From assembly GCA_002269645.1 (NCBI GenBank), contig NIVC01003635.1:1-64000 (forward strand): DNA of 64,000 bases, read 5' to 3'. The position numbers were made by a program, and so were the translations under genes. Source of the stretch: Macrostomum lignano (taxonomy: Eukaryota). How positions within the stretch are numbered: the first letter of the stretch is position 1; each line of letters begins with the position of its first letter. Shown here one piece after another: positions 47,001 through 58,399 of this stretch. Under the pieces are notes generated by a model, which was not told the DNA's origin, searched no databases, and worked only from the letters and a program-made list of their open reading frames with translations.

Positions 47001-50000
47001 GACTAAACACCAATAGTTTATCGTCGCGACTAACTGATTCGTTTAATATGCGCTGGAATGCGAGTATTTTAGCTCCATTCTCTAGCAAATTTGGCTTGTA
47101 ATTCTTCATGATTTCTTCAGCCCAATCTAGCGACAACACGGCATTGTCATTGTTAGTCAGACTGCCGACATTGTTAAACAAATCGCTATTGTCGCTTTTC
47201 TGCACTGTGCTACGACGGCCGCGACTTTTCTTGGCCGGCGCAGCGGCCGAAGTTGAAGAGGTTGAAGCGACGGACTCGGCTAGCGAGGCGCCGCTCTGAA
47301 CAGGAGTCAAACCGGCGGAGTCCTTGGCGCTGCCGGTCCCATCGACATCGCAGGTGTAATCAATATCCAGATCGTCAGCAGCGGCAGCCAGATTCGATGC
47401 TTTCGCTTGCAACAAGTGATAGAGAATGTCCGGATGATTCCAGATTTTGCAACCGACAGCGAATGCTTTCAAAGGATTTGCGGCCGCCCAGCCTGACAGG
47501 CCATCGGATTGCAGACTCTGCATGAACCTGGAGTACAGGGCCTCCTGAATCGGACTCATTCTCAACAGTAGGACAAATTCAGTCTTCGGCGGCAACGATT
47601 TCTGCAGCACCGAATGCGACCGACGTTGGACGAAACCGGACAAGAGTTCGTGCAAGACGTGCGCCCTGTAGCGCATGAGTTTCCGATCGGACAGAGTGGA
47701 ATCGACACACTGACCGTTGCTAATTGGCCGCTCGAACATATTTGAGAACTGCTGTTTGGTACCAAGAAAATTTGGCCTAACAAAATCTACCATGCACCAG
47801 TACTCTAGCAGGTTGTTCTGCAGCGGATAGCCGGTCATTACCACGCGTCTTCGTGTTTTTAAATTTTTCAACGCTTTACTAATTCCGGCTGCCGAATTCT
47901 TAATCCGATGACCCTCGTCGCAGATGACCACCTGGGGTCCCGGATCTACTAGGGCTGAGCGGACCTGCTCCCAAATGGTCAGGGCTTCGTCTTCTTTGTC
48001 CACGTCAATCACAATGGGATCTGGTTCCGGTTTCGGCTGGGATTGGGATTGACTGCCGCTTTGAGTCTGCAGGCTGGCCGAGCTGCCGGATCTGCGACTC
48101 AACGAGCGAGACGAGTTGCTGCCGCCGCCGCCGCCAGTCTTGTAGCGCTTCTGCAACAGCAGGCGGAACATCTCGTAGCCTAGCAACAGGACGCCGCCAG
48201 CCTCCTGCCATTGGCTGATTACTCTGTGCCTGCAATGTTGGGCAGTGAGTGATTTATTGAGACTTTCAAGTGGGAGATAAATGCACTGATTAAATTAGTT
48301 ATTAAGTGAGTGAATGATTGGGTAAATAATTAAGTAAATGAATGAGTGAACGATCTAGTAAATGAGTGAATTATTGAGTAAATGAGTGAATGATTGAGTA
48401 AATGAGTGAATGATTGAGTGAATGGTCGAGTAAATGAGTGAATGATTGAGTAAATGAGTGAATTATTGAGTAAATGAGTGAATGATTGAGTAAATGAGTG
48501 CATGATCGAGTAAATGAGTAAATGATTGAGTAAATGAATGAGTGAGCGATCTAGTAAATGAGTGAATGATTGAGTGAATGAGTGAATGATTGAGTGAATG
48601 AGTGAATGAGTGAATGATTGAGTGAATGATTGAATGAATGAGTGAATGATTGAGTGAATGAGTGAATGATTGAGTGAATGAGTGAATGATTGAATGAGTG
48701 AATGATTGAGTGAATGAGTGAATGATTGAGTGAATGAGTGAATGAGTGAATGATTGAGTGAATGATTGAATGAATGAGTGAATGATTGAGTGAATGAGTG
48801 AATGATTGAGTGAATGAGTGAATGATTGAATGAGTGAATGATTGAGTGAATGAGTGAATGATTGAGTGAATGATTGAGTGAATGAGTGAATGATTGAGTG
48901 AATGAGTGAATGATTGAGTGAATGAGTGAATGATTGAGTGAATGAGTGAATGAGTGAATGATTGAGTGAATGATTGAGTGAATGAGTGAATGATTGAGTG
49001 AATGAGTGAATGAGTGAATGATTGAGTGAATGATTGAATGAATGAGTGAATGATTGAGTGAATGAGTGAATGATTGAGTGAATGAGTGAATGATTGAGTG
49101 AATGAGTGAATGATTGAGTGAATGAGTGAATGATTGAGTGAGTGAGTGAATGATTGAGTGAATGGTTGAGTAAATGAGTGAATGATCGAGTAAATGAGTG
49201 AATTATTAAGTAAGTGAGTGAATGGTTGAGTAAATTATTGAATAGTCGAGTAAATTATTGAATGGTCGAGTAAATGAGTGAATTATTAAGTAAGTGAGTG
49301 AATGGTCGACTAAATGAGTGAATGAATGATCAAGTGAATTAATGATTGAATGCGTGAGTGAGTGAGCGAGCGACTTACCTGGCGGTCATAGTCTTGCAGG
49401 AGTCGCTAATAACGTGCAGTGCAAATTTGCGCTTATCAGCCTCATCCGGACAGGCGGCCTCATCAACCGGCAGCCAGTGATTGAACTCCGCCACCCAATT
49501 CTGAATGGTGTTGATTGGCACAATGATAAGCACCGATTTCACGCCTACTCCGCTAAATAAAGCGTGGCAGAAGGCGCACACCTGAAATTATGCGAGAAAT
49601 AAGATCTCTTCACGTTTTTTTTAGAAAATTAAATTCAGAGAGAATTTTAATAAAGTTAAACACAGGTTGTCAAAGCTGTAAATCTCTTTGTTCAATGGGC
49701 ATGCCAGTTGTCTAATAGAGTCCGAACTCTAATCTAACAGGCTTAAAGACCTTACCTAACAGTTATAGAGCCATTATCTAACAGGCAAAAAGACCTTATC
49801 TAACAGTTACGGAGCCATTATCTAACAGGCATAAATACCTTATCTAACAGTTAGAGAGCCCTTATCCAACAGGTGTAAAGGCCTTATCCAACAGTTACAG
49901 AGTCATTATCCAACAGTTACAGAGCATTTATGTAATAGGCATAAATACCTTATGTAACAGTTAGAGAGTCCTTATCCAAAAGTTACAGAGCCCTTATCTA

Positions 50001-53000
50001 AAAGTTACAGAGCCCTTACCAACAGTTACAGAGTCCCTATCCAACAGTTACAGAGCCCTTATCTAAAAGTTACAGAGCCCTTACCAACAGTTACAGAGTC
50101 CCTTACCAACAGTTACAGAGTCCCTATCCAACAGTTACAGAGCCCTTATCTAACAGGCATAAATACCTTATGTAACAGTTAGAGAGCCCTTATCCAATAG
50201 GTGTAAAGACCTTATCTAACAGTTACAGAGTCCTTATCCAAAAGTTACAAAGCCCTTATTTAAAAGTTAAAGAGCCCTTATCTAACAGTTAAAGAGCCCT
50301 TATCTAACAGGCATAAATACCTTATCTAACAGTTACAGAGTCCTTATCTAAAAGTTACAGAGACCTTACCAACAGTTACAGAGCCCTTATCTAACAGGCA
50401 TAAATACCTTATCCAACAGTTACAGAGCCCTTATCTAACAGGTGCAAAGACCTTATCTAAAAGTTACTGAGGCCTTATCTAACAGTTACAGAGCCTTTAT
50501 CTAGCAGATGCAAAGCAAAGCCAAATATAAAAAGCAACAAAAGTGTCCATCGCACACCAACCTGCAGAGTCTTGCCCAGTCCCATACTGTGCGCCAGTAT
50601 ACAACCAAATCCTGGCGTACTATTAAACAATTGCAAATTCTCCACAACATTATCGTATAGGAAACGAACTCCGCCAATTTGATGCGGCCTAATAGCCTTG
50701 GCTATCCGGCTTGGCAAATAGATGTCGCTATCGTCCTGCGGATGACTGACATTCACCAGTACGCGACCAGATACATCTGGCACATTGTGCTCATCTTTAG
50801 CATGCTTGCCGTCAACATCAACGCCATCGTCTTCGTCTTCTTTATCGGCGGCGGCGTCGGAGTCTTCATTGCCGGCATCCTCATTATCGTCGCTGTCAAT
50901 CACGATAGTCTCCTGTTGCTGCTGCAGCGGCGAAGACACGCCTCGGCCAGTGAGCAGCTGATTTAAACTGCTGTACTGCGGCACCCGATTGAGCAGGTTG
51001 CGACCGACAGAGAAATTCGACGAAGAATAATAGCCAGAAGACGATGAGGGAGCGGATGGTATTAAGAATTTGGCTGACGCGGACGTTGGCGAAGATGTCT
51101 TGGATCGTTTCGCTGGAGGCGGTTCCACGATGCAACAGGCGTCGTCGTCTTCTTCGTCATCACGATCCTCATCCTCATCATTCGTCTTATCGGCTTTCGA
51201 GCCTGTAGTAGAAGTTTCAGCGGCTGCTGCTGCTTTTGCTGCTAAGCGATCTTCTTTAGTTTCAAGCAGAGTTTCTAAGGTGGACGCCTTGGCGGCTGCG
51301 GCGGAGGCGGAGGCCTGCTGCTGCTTCTCTTGGATTCGCTTTCTACGCTCCATCTCGGCTTTTTGAGCTTCGAGTGTCGCTTTGTCAACTTTTGTGTCGC
51401 GTATTCGACGAATATTGCGACGCTCGAATAGAGTCTTGGATCGCTTGGTGGGACTGTCTTCGGATGTCGGGGCAGCCGCCGCCGAAGATGCCGGGGTCTG
51501 CTGGCGCTGGCGTCTGCGATGGCGGGTGGGTGACAGGTGCGGCATGGAGCTTGCTGGGGATCTGGGAGAGGTAAAGAGTCATGGGGATCTGGGAGAGGTG
51601 AAGAGTCATGGGGATCTGGGAGAGGTGAAGAGTCATGGGGATCTGGGAGTGTAGCGCCATGGGGATCTGGGAGAGGTGAAGAGTCATGGGGATCTGGGAG
51701 AGGTGAAGAGTCATGGGGATCTGGGAGAGGTGAAGAGTCATGGGAATCTGGGTGTGTAGCGCCATGGGATCTGGGAGAGGTGGAGTCATGGGGATCTGGG
51801 AGAGGTGAAGAGTCATGGGGATCTGGGAAGAGTCATGGGGATCTGGGAGACGTGAGAAATGTGAGATGTGAGAAATCGACTATTTTGTGCAACCAGCATT
51901 TTGTATTTCATCACTTACTTTGCCTCTTTTGCTGCAGCTTTGATCAATTCGTTCTGATCCACACCTGGCGGCAGCAGATCCTCGGCCGATTTACCTGCAT
52001 TGTCATCCTCATCACAGTCTTCTTCTGTAGAATCTTCGTCGTCGTCGTCGTCGTTGAAATCTTCGTCGAATTCTGCAGTTCCATGTTCAGCCGGACTGTC
52101 TTCGACTCCGGCTTCAGAGAAGAAGAAATCGGTGGGGTCGCACTCGTCCGATACGAGGCAGTCCAGGCCCATGATTTCCGCCACGGCCGCTTCGGCAGCT
52201 GCTTCCACAGCGTCACCGTTTGCGGCGGACTGCGCTTGATCTAATTGATAAAGAAAGATAATAGTAGCAACAGCATGGGGATGGGAGAGTGGAGACGGCG
52301 CAGCAACTGAGGATCTGTGAGGCTGGCCCAGCAACTGACACTCTGGGAGGCTGGCCCAGCAACTGAGGATCTGGGAGGCTGGTCCAGCAACTGAGGATTT
52401 AGGAAGCTGGCCCAGCAACTGAGGATCTGGGAGGCTGGCACAGCAACTGAGGATCTGGGAGGCTGGCCCAGCAACTGACACTCTGGGAGGCTGGCCTAGC
52501 AACTGACACTCTGGGAGGCTAGCCCAGTAACTAAGGATCTGGGAGGCTGGGCCAGCAACTGAGGATTTAGGAGGCTGGCCCAGCAATTGACACTCTAGGA
52601 GAGGCTAGCACAGCAACTGACACTCTGGGAGGCTGGCCCAGCATCTGACACTCTGGGAGGCTGGCCCAGCAACTGAGGATCTGGGAGGCTGGCCCTGCAA
52701 CTGGGGATCTGGGAGGCTGGCCCTGCAACTGGGGATCTGGGAGGCTGGCCCAGCAACTGACACTCTGGGAGGCTGGCCCAGCAACTGACACTCTGGGAGG
52801 CTGGCCCAGCAACTGACACTCTGGGAGGCTGGTCCAGCAACTGACACTCTGGGAGGCTGGCCCTGCAACTGACACTCTGGGAGGCTGGCCCAGCAACTGA
52901 CACTCTGGGAGGCTGGCCCAGCAACTGCGGATCTTGAAGCGTCTGAGGATCTGGAGCAAATAAAGTTAAAGACCCAAATTTCATAGTCTAAACCAAGTGC

Positions 53001-53303
53001 ACGTTCGCAGGGGCATTGCAAAAAAGTTTTATATTGCTTACTAACTGCAGCAGAGTTTTGAACGCTTGAAAGCGCATCATTTTCTTCTAAAACCGACATC
53101 GGTTTAGCAGTGTCACGCACTGAAGCAGACTCTCCACTACCGTTGATGCCAACTGTAGTCAAGTCCTGCTTCTGCTGAAGATCTTGCTTCATCAGCAATT
53201 TCTGTTGTTGTTCCTCCTCTTCTTGCTGTTGCCCATTAAATGATTCAAGAGAATTATTGAAGCCGAATACCTGGGAATCGCGGTGCACAATAGCTTTGCT
53301 CAT
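42292..53303 (-). CDS. RAD54L2: Helicase ARIP4 / RAD54-like 2 (SNF2 family, ATRX-like subgroup); 7 exons, ~1975 aa
   Basis: Exons 53303-53042, 52240-51919, 51513-50562, 49581-49379, 48229-46474, 45353-43824 and 43194-42292 are GT-AG and in frame (5928 nt). Motifs: PHQIGGVRFLYDNVVE..GFGCILAHSMGLGKTLQV, VICDEGHRIKN, TGYPLQNNLLEYWCMVDFVRPNFLG, FRLDGST, LLSTRAGCLGINLIGANRVV, QAVCRVYRYGQ and PFTHESLLL..EAKLTRAEK. The true start and the exon 6 acceptor (45353 vs 45407) are less certain. Confidence 0.92.
43485..43650. repeat. Degenerate (CCTAA/ACCTTA) telomere-like array in RAD54L2 intron 6
   Basis: AACCTAACCCTA..., related to but not pure TTAGGG. Confidence 0.8.
45422..46400. repeat. 33-bp minisatellite in RAD54L2 intron 5
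   Basis: Unit CCACAGGGATAAATCAGTGACCCACTAAAGACA, with some 21-bp truncated units. Confidence 0.95.
48300..49370. repeat. GAGTGAAT/TGAT compound repeat in RAD54L2 intron 4
   Basis: (GAGTGAAT)(GATT) units with degenerate edges. Confidence 0.95.
49735..50505. repeat. ~21-bp degenerate minisatellite in RAD54L2 intron 3
   Basis: CTTATC(T/C)AACAGTTACAGAGC(C) alternating with ..AACAGGCATAAATAC variants. Confidence 0.9.
51550..51850. repeat. 27-bp minisatellite in RAD54L2 intron 2
   Basis: Unit GAGTCATGGGGATCTGGGAGAGGTGAA. Confidence 0.93.
52301..52934. repeat. 28-bp minisatellite family A in RAD54L2 intron 1 (~22 copies)
   Basis: Same unit and orientation as the FITM and MTMR arrays. Confidence 0.95.
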
Positions 53304-53669
53304 GCTTGCTAGACTGCCACCAGATTAGAGCATTCTCTTGGCTTGCAGCAAGCATATGAATTTTTGTAATTCTTCTTTGTTATGTAGCCAAAAATCATGA
53401 AATTATTAACAATGTTTATATTGCTCAATAACAATGCCAGGAATGTTTTTTAAATAAGGATTGATTGTAGCCAAGAAAAATAATCTTATACTGTTTTTTT
53501 CAGTATTGAACAAATCAGGATTGATTGTAGCCAAGAAAAATAATCTTATACTGTTTTTTTCAGTATACACAGCACTAAGTCATCGCTAGTGGTCGAACTA
53601 GTCGCCAGAGAACATTTGTTGCAGAGTTTTGCTGAGTTGATGATTGTTCATTGTCTTATTGTCTTAAAA

Positions 53670-54420
53670 AAGCAAGTTTGTCCTTCAGATTAGTCAAAAA
53701 CTTATCACAATGTCATATTTTTTCCATCAGAATTTACAACATATTGTAGGAGTCCTTCTATATTCTGGCATTGTTGCATTGAAGTCAGCCATACCTAATA
53801 GACAGTATAGAAAATTTCGTCTGTTGAGTACATCTATTACAGTTCTTTGCAACCCTAAAAGTTCACAAGAACTAATCAGCTATGCTTATAAAATTTGTGT
53901 CAACTAGTGTTGCATGGTATAGAAGAATTTTTCTTTCTTATAATATTCATTGTCTTATTAGTTTAGCAAATGAAATTGAGAACCATGGTCTACTTGACCC
54001 TTTTTTCTGCTTTCAAGTTTGAAAATCATATAAAAATTATTAAAGAAATGATTTGTTTTAAGAATATACCAATGATTGTTAATAGACTTCAAGAATTAGA
54101 ACATAGTAAATTGTTTTAGATAATAGTTAAAAAGTGAAGTCAGTCAAGTTTACAACTTTAACATGTCCTAGGATCTATTCTGGGGTATTTAAAATGTGAT
54201 TCTATTGATCAGTTCTATTCATGGCATAATGAAGATAATTTTCTTTCTTTATCTCCAAGTGATTTTAATGTTTTAAATAATACAGGTATTTTCTATGATG
54301 ACTAATGTCATGTATAACAAAATCCCCTCATGGTTTGCCAAAGATACAAATACAAAAAGTCCTTTTTGACTATCCTATAGATTTATATAATAAAAATATT
54401 TTTGTAGAATATGATTGAAT
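53670..54420 (+). mobile_element. CACTA/EnSpm-like transposase relic (C-terminal region)
   Basis: Frameshifted translation: ISQKLITMSYF/FPSEF, VLLYSGIVALKSAIPNRQYRKFRLLSTSITVLC..ISYA, YNIHCLISLANEIENHGLLD, SAFKFENH..IIKEMI..IVNRL. This matches the YNxHxLxHL..GPL..SAF.FEN pattern of animal CACTA-type transposases. Confidence 0.7.
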
Positions 54421-55699
54421 TATAATCTTACATGTTTACATTCAAGGACAATTTTAAAGAAGTTATATTGTCTTCTAATAGATTTTAGAGTGCTATTTGT
54501 CCTTATGCTTTGTTAGACAAAAATTCTCCGCTGTACCACAATTTCCTATATCTTTTTATATTATTCTTTTTCTTGAAAGGAGTATGGAGTATGTGAGTGA
54601 AAAGTGGCTTGTTAGAAGAATATAGTTCAAATGGACAAAATATGGATATGTAGAAATCAAGCACCTGCAAAATCATCAAGCTGCACCATCTAATGATTAG
54701 TAGTTATATTGTGTAAATTGCTTTCTTGCACACTTGATGAAACCATTGCAAAGCAAAGTTTGCTACAAGCTTTTGAGGGTACTAATGACCTAACTTCTAA
54801 TTTGCAGATCTCTACAATCTTATGAGTTGTTTCTACCCAAAAAATTTGCCATAGGAGCTTTTTTCTATAATGAAGATTTGAGAAATTGATCATCATGCTT
54901 CTAAAATGGCAAGCTTTAATAAGAAGTCAGATGATTCCAACAGAGAACTATTGAGCTTTTTGTTATAGTCATTTCTAGTCTAGTATGTTTCTTTATTTCT
55001 AAATATAATACATTTTATTTCAACATGTTACTATAGCCTTAATAGTTGCCAATACAGTAGACAAGGTGACTCCTAGTCAAAGTACATCTTTTGCAGCATA
55101 GAGAGGTGCTAATATAGCCAACAAGGCAATTCCTAGTCAAAGTGCATTGTTTATAGTACTAATAGGTGCCATTATAGGTACAAACCTTTTATTTATTCTT
55201 GCTATAGCATCACCATCACTATTCAGCTTCTATGAAAAAATACAGAAAAAGCATTTAGCACAACAGGTCTAGCCTTGTCTGCTTTGTGCAGCCAAACTGT
55301 CAGTTAAGAAAAATAACAATGTTGAAAAATTCCATTGAACTTATGCCCAATTAAAAAAGTAGATTGCATCCTTAATTTGACTTTAGAAAGTCAAAACAAA
55401 CATGAAAGTATAAATTTCATTTGTTAATAAAGGAGTTGAATGTATAAAAAGTTAAAACAATTCTAATTTTGCTTTGCTAAATCTACTATTTAGTACCTTT
55501 CAAGGTATTGGTTTTATACAGAATGAGATCAAGTCCTTGGTTGGTAGAATAAGGGGATAGAACTCCCATTGCCAAAATTTTATTCTGTGAAATCTATTAG
55601 CTAAATCCCATGACCCAAACCTTATCCTATTCTCCAAATGCTATATAGAATATCTTTAAAATGGCATATCTTATATATTTTCCTTATTTGCGAAAATTG

Positions 55700-56270
55700 A
55701 CTGCTATCATCCCATCTGAGACTCTCCTATCTTTTGTCTCCTCTTTGCTATCTTTTGTCTCCTCTTTGCTCTCTTATCTCTCATCTTTTCTTTATCATCT
55801 TGTTTTTCTCTCCTTTCCTTTAATCTCTAATCACTTATCTTTTCTCTCTTATCTTTTTGGCTCTACTCCCTCTTATAACTTCTCTTCTCTTCTCTCTTTT
55901 TTTCTTTTCTCCCCTCTATTTTTTTCTTCCTATTTCTTTTTGTCTTTTTTCTCTGTTCTATTCTCTTTTATTTCTATTTTTCTTCTCTTATCTGATTTCT
56001 CTAGTCTTTTATCTATTCTCTATTCTATCTTGTCTTTGCTCTTTTTTTCTCTCTTTTTGTTCTCATGTCTCAAGTTTATATTTTCTTTACCTTTTCTTTT
56101 CATCTTTCTTTTCTTCTCTTTACTGTTTTTTGTCTTCTTTTTTCTTTTTTGTTCTTTTTCTCTCATTATTTTTGCCTTATTCCCCTTTTTCTTGTTTCTA
56201 TTATCTTTAATCTATTCTCTCATATCTACTTTCTTTTCTATTATTTCTCCTTTTGTCTTTCTATTTTTAT
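55700..56270. repeat. TC-rich low-complexity tract
   Basis: More than 85% pyrimidine by eye; no clear period. Confidence 0.85.
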
Positions 56271-57499
56271 AGGCCTATCTGACTGACTAAAGATCTTAAT
56301 AATAAAACCAATTGAAATTTATCACCTGCCTTTTCTATTACTAAAATTAGGCTTACTTAAATGATAGCTGGCTTGAATGTGTGTAGTATATACATAGGCC
56401 TATGCAGAAATGTTCCAAAAGTGAATTTTGTATCAAAATCAAAATTGAAATCAAAATTTGCTACTTTCCAAAATTGAAATTGAAATTTTTCAAAATCAAA
56501 ATTAAAAAAAAACAAAGTTTAGCATGACTAATACTCACTTTTTACAAATTTAATGCTCATGCAAAACAAAATGCATATATGTATACTATAGCAGAAGTTA
56601 GTTTATTTTCAACCACTGAATAGGGGGCCTAAATAGAAGTGCAAATTCAAAGTCAAATACAAATGTCAAAAAAACTTTTTATATATTTCATGTTATCTAT
56701 GTATACCCCTTGCTTTTAGGTTGTGTGTAGGCCTACATATAATGTAATTGATGCCTTCTTATTCAATGAGTGCAGAAGTCAACTATTATAAATTTCAATA
56801 TAGTTTAAGCAACTAGCCTATATGGTATAGGTACTGTTATTTTTGTGGGTATAACTTTTGTTTTCTAGTATTGATTTTTTAAATAAAAAAATCAGTCTAG
56901 TAGAAGAGATTTGCCGCTATCAGTTTATAAAATTTTAAATCACAGGAAGCTATAGAATAAGAGCTACAATTAAAATTAATACTATTTGTCTTTTGAGACA
57001 CTCTTCCCTCATAGTCTAACTTGTAACTGGGATGTTAAAATTTAGAATGCCAAAATTAAAGGGCCTAGGCCTAATGATTTTTTAGTAATGTATCAGGGCA
57101 GAAACTCACACAAGAAAAACCTAGACTAGCCCTAGGCCTAGGTCTATGCCTGGTTATTAAACAACTTATTATAAGGGCATCTTGTTAAATTTATGGATTT
57201 TAACAGACTAACAGTAACATCTTGTAATGGAAATATTGACTATGTCTATGTATAATTCATGGTTGAAGTAGTCAGGACCTAGGAATAAAAAAGTGACAGA
57301 CTTAGGCCCCTACTAATGAAACTTTCGCAAAAATTAGTTTAATATGAATATTCATTTTACTTTTATAATTATAAAAATAGTTATTTGCCAAGATTTAAAT
57401 TTTAACGTCCTTTCTTGTGTCTAAACAGTGGCTTAGCCGTCAGATGTAAATAATACTGGCTTCTTATTACAGAAGATCACCAAAATTAGTGCAAGGACT

Positions 57500-57786
57500 C
57501 AGTGGCGGATCTAGAGTTTCATTTTGGGGGGGGGCGGTCCAAGTTTGGGGCGCCAACACGAGTGTAAGGGGCGCCAATTTTTAAGCTAGGGGGCGTAAAA
57601 AATGCATGTAGGGGGCGAAAAATCAAGCTTAGGGGCGCAAAAAAGGCGTTTGGGGGCAAAGAATCAAGTTTAGGGGACGCAAATTTAGGTTTTGGGGGGC
57701 GCAATATGTTCGGTCAAGCTATTTTTTTTTTTGGGGGGGGGCGGTCGCGTCCTCTAAATCCGGTTGTCCCCCTAAATCCGCCCCTG
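57500..57786. mobile_element. hAT-type MITE, 287 bp, perfect 8-bp TSD
   Basis: TIRs CAGTGGCGGATCTAG / CTAAATCCGCCCCTG. CAAGGACT is duplicated at 57492-57499 and 57787-57794. Internal GGGGCGC repeats. Confidence 0.92.
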
Positions 57787-58399
57787 CAAGGACTACCTAA
57801 TTAGAGAGTACTACTACAACTAGATCAGTGTTGTTACTAAAGAAAAAATAATATTTTTTAAAAACTACTTTAAATTTTGACAAGAAGTGAAACAAATTTA
57901 TCAAAAGAATCTAAAGTATAAAATGTCTTTTTTATTATGTTTAGTTAGTATGACTTAAAATTATTGTGCCTAATAGTCTTTTACCTTTCCAGTGCAATTA
58001 AACGTTGTAAAACTTTAGGTTTTTGACATTTCGGGTTTATGATATTTTGGGAACCGATCAAAAGGGCGACAGTTAAAGGGAAACCGTCAATATATTTATT
58101 GGAATTTCGAGTTCAGAATTAGACTTGTATTTGTTAATGTACATGTACATGTATGAGTGGCGGTCAGGCCGGTGCACGACTGAGAGCGGGGCCCGCCTGT
58201 ACACCCAGGCCCCCTGCAGCTGTTGCAGGGGAGTTTTTCCACAGCCAACCAGTTTAATCTGACTCAAACCCTCCTTCTCGTTAAGTATAAATAACTATGG
58301 TTAACAATAATTATACACAAGGTCTCTTTGCTCGCTTGCTACACTACATGTAGCTGCCACTCGCAAGCCGCTATACATTGTGAGCCCTATACGCAGCCA

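Noticed and set aside
53458-53567. 60-bp direct duplication upstream of RAD54L2
   Set aside because: Simple local duplication or assembly artefact; no evidence of function.
55661-56286. Phe/Leu/Ser-rich hydrophobic ORFs
   Set aside because: Translation of a TC-rich low-complexity tract.
58133-58350. Candidate 5' LTR of the Gypsy element, with a hairpin at 58211-58231
   Set aside because: No matching 3' LTR, PBS or PPT found; the hairpin alone is not diagnostic.
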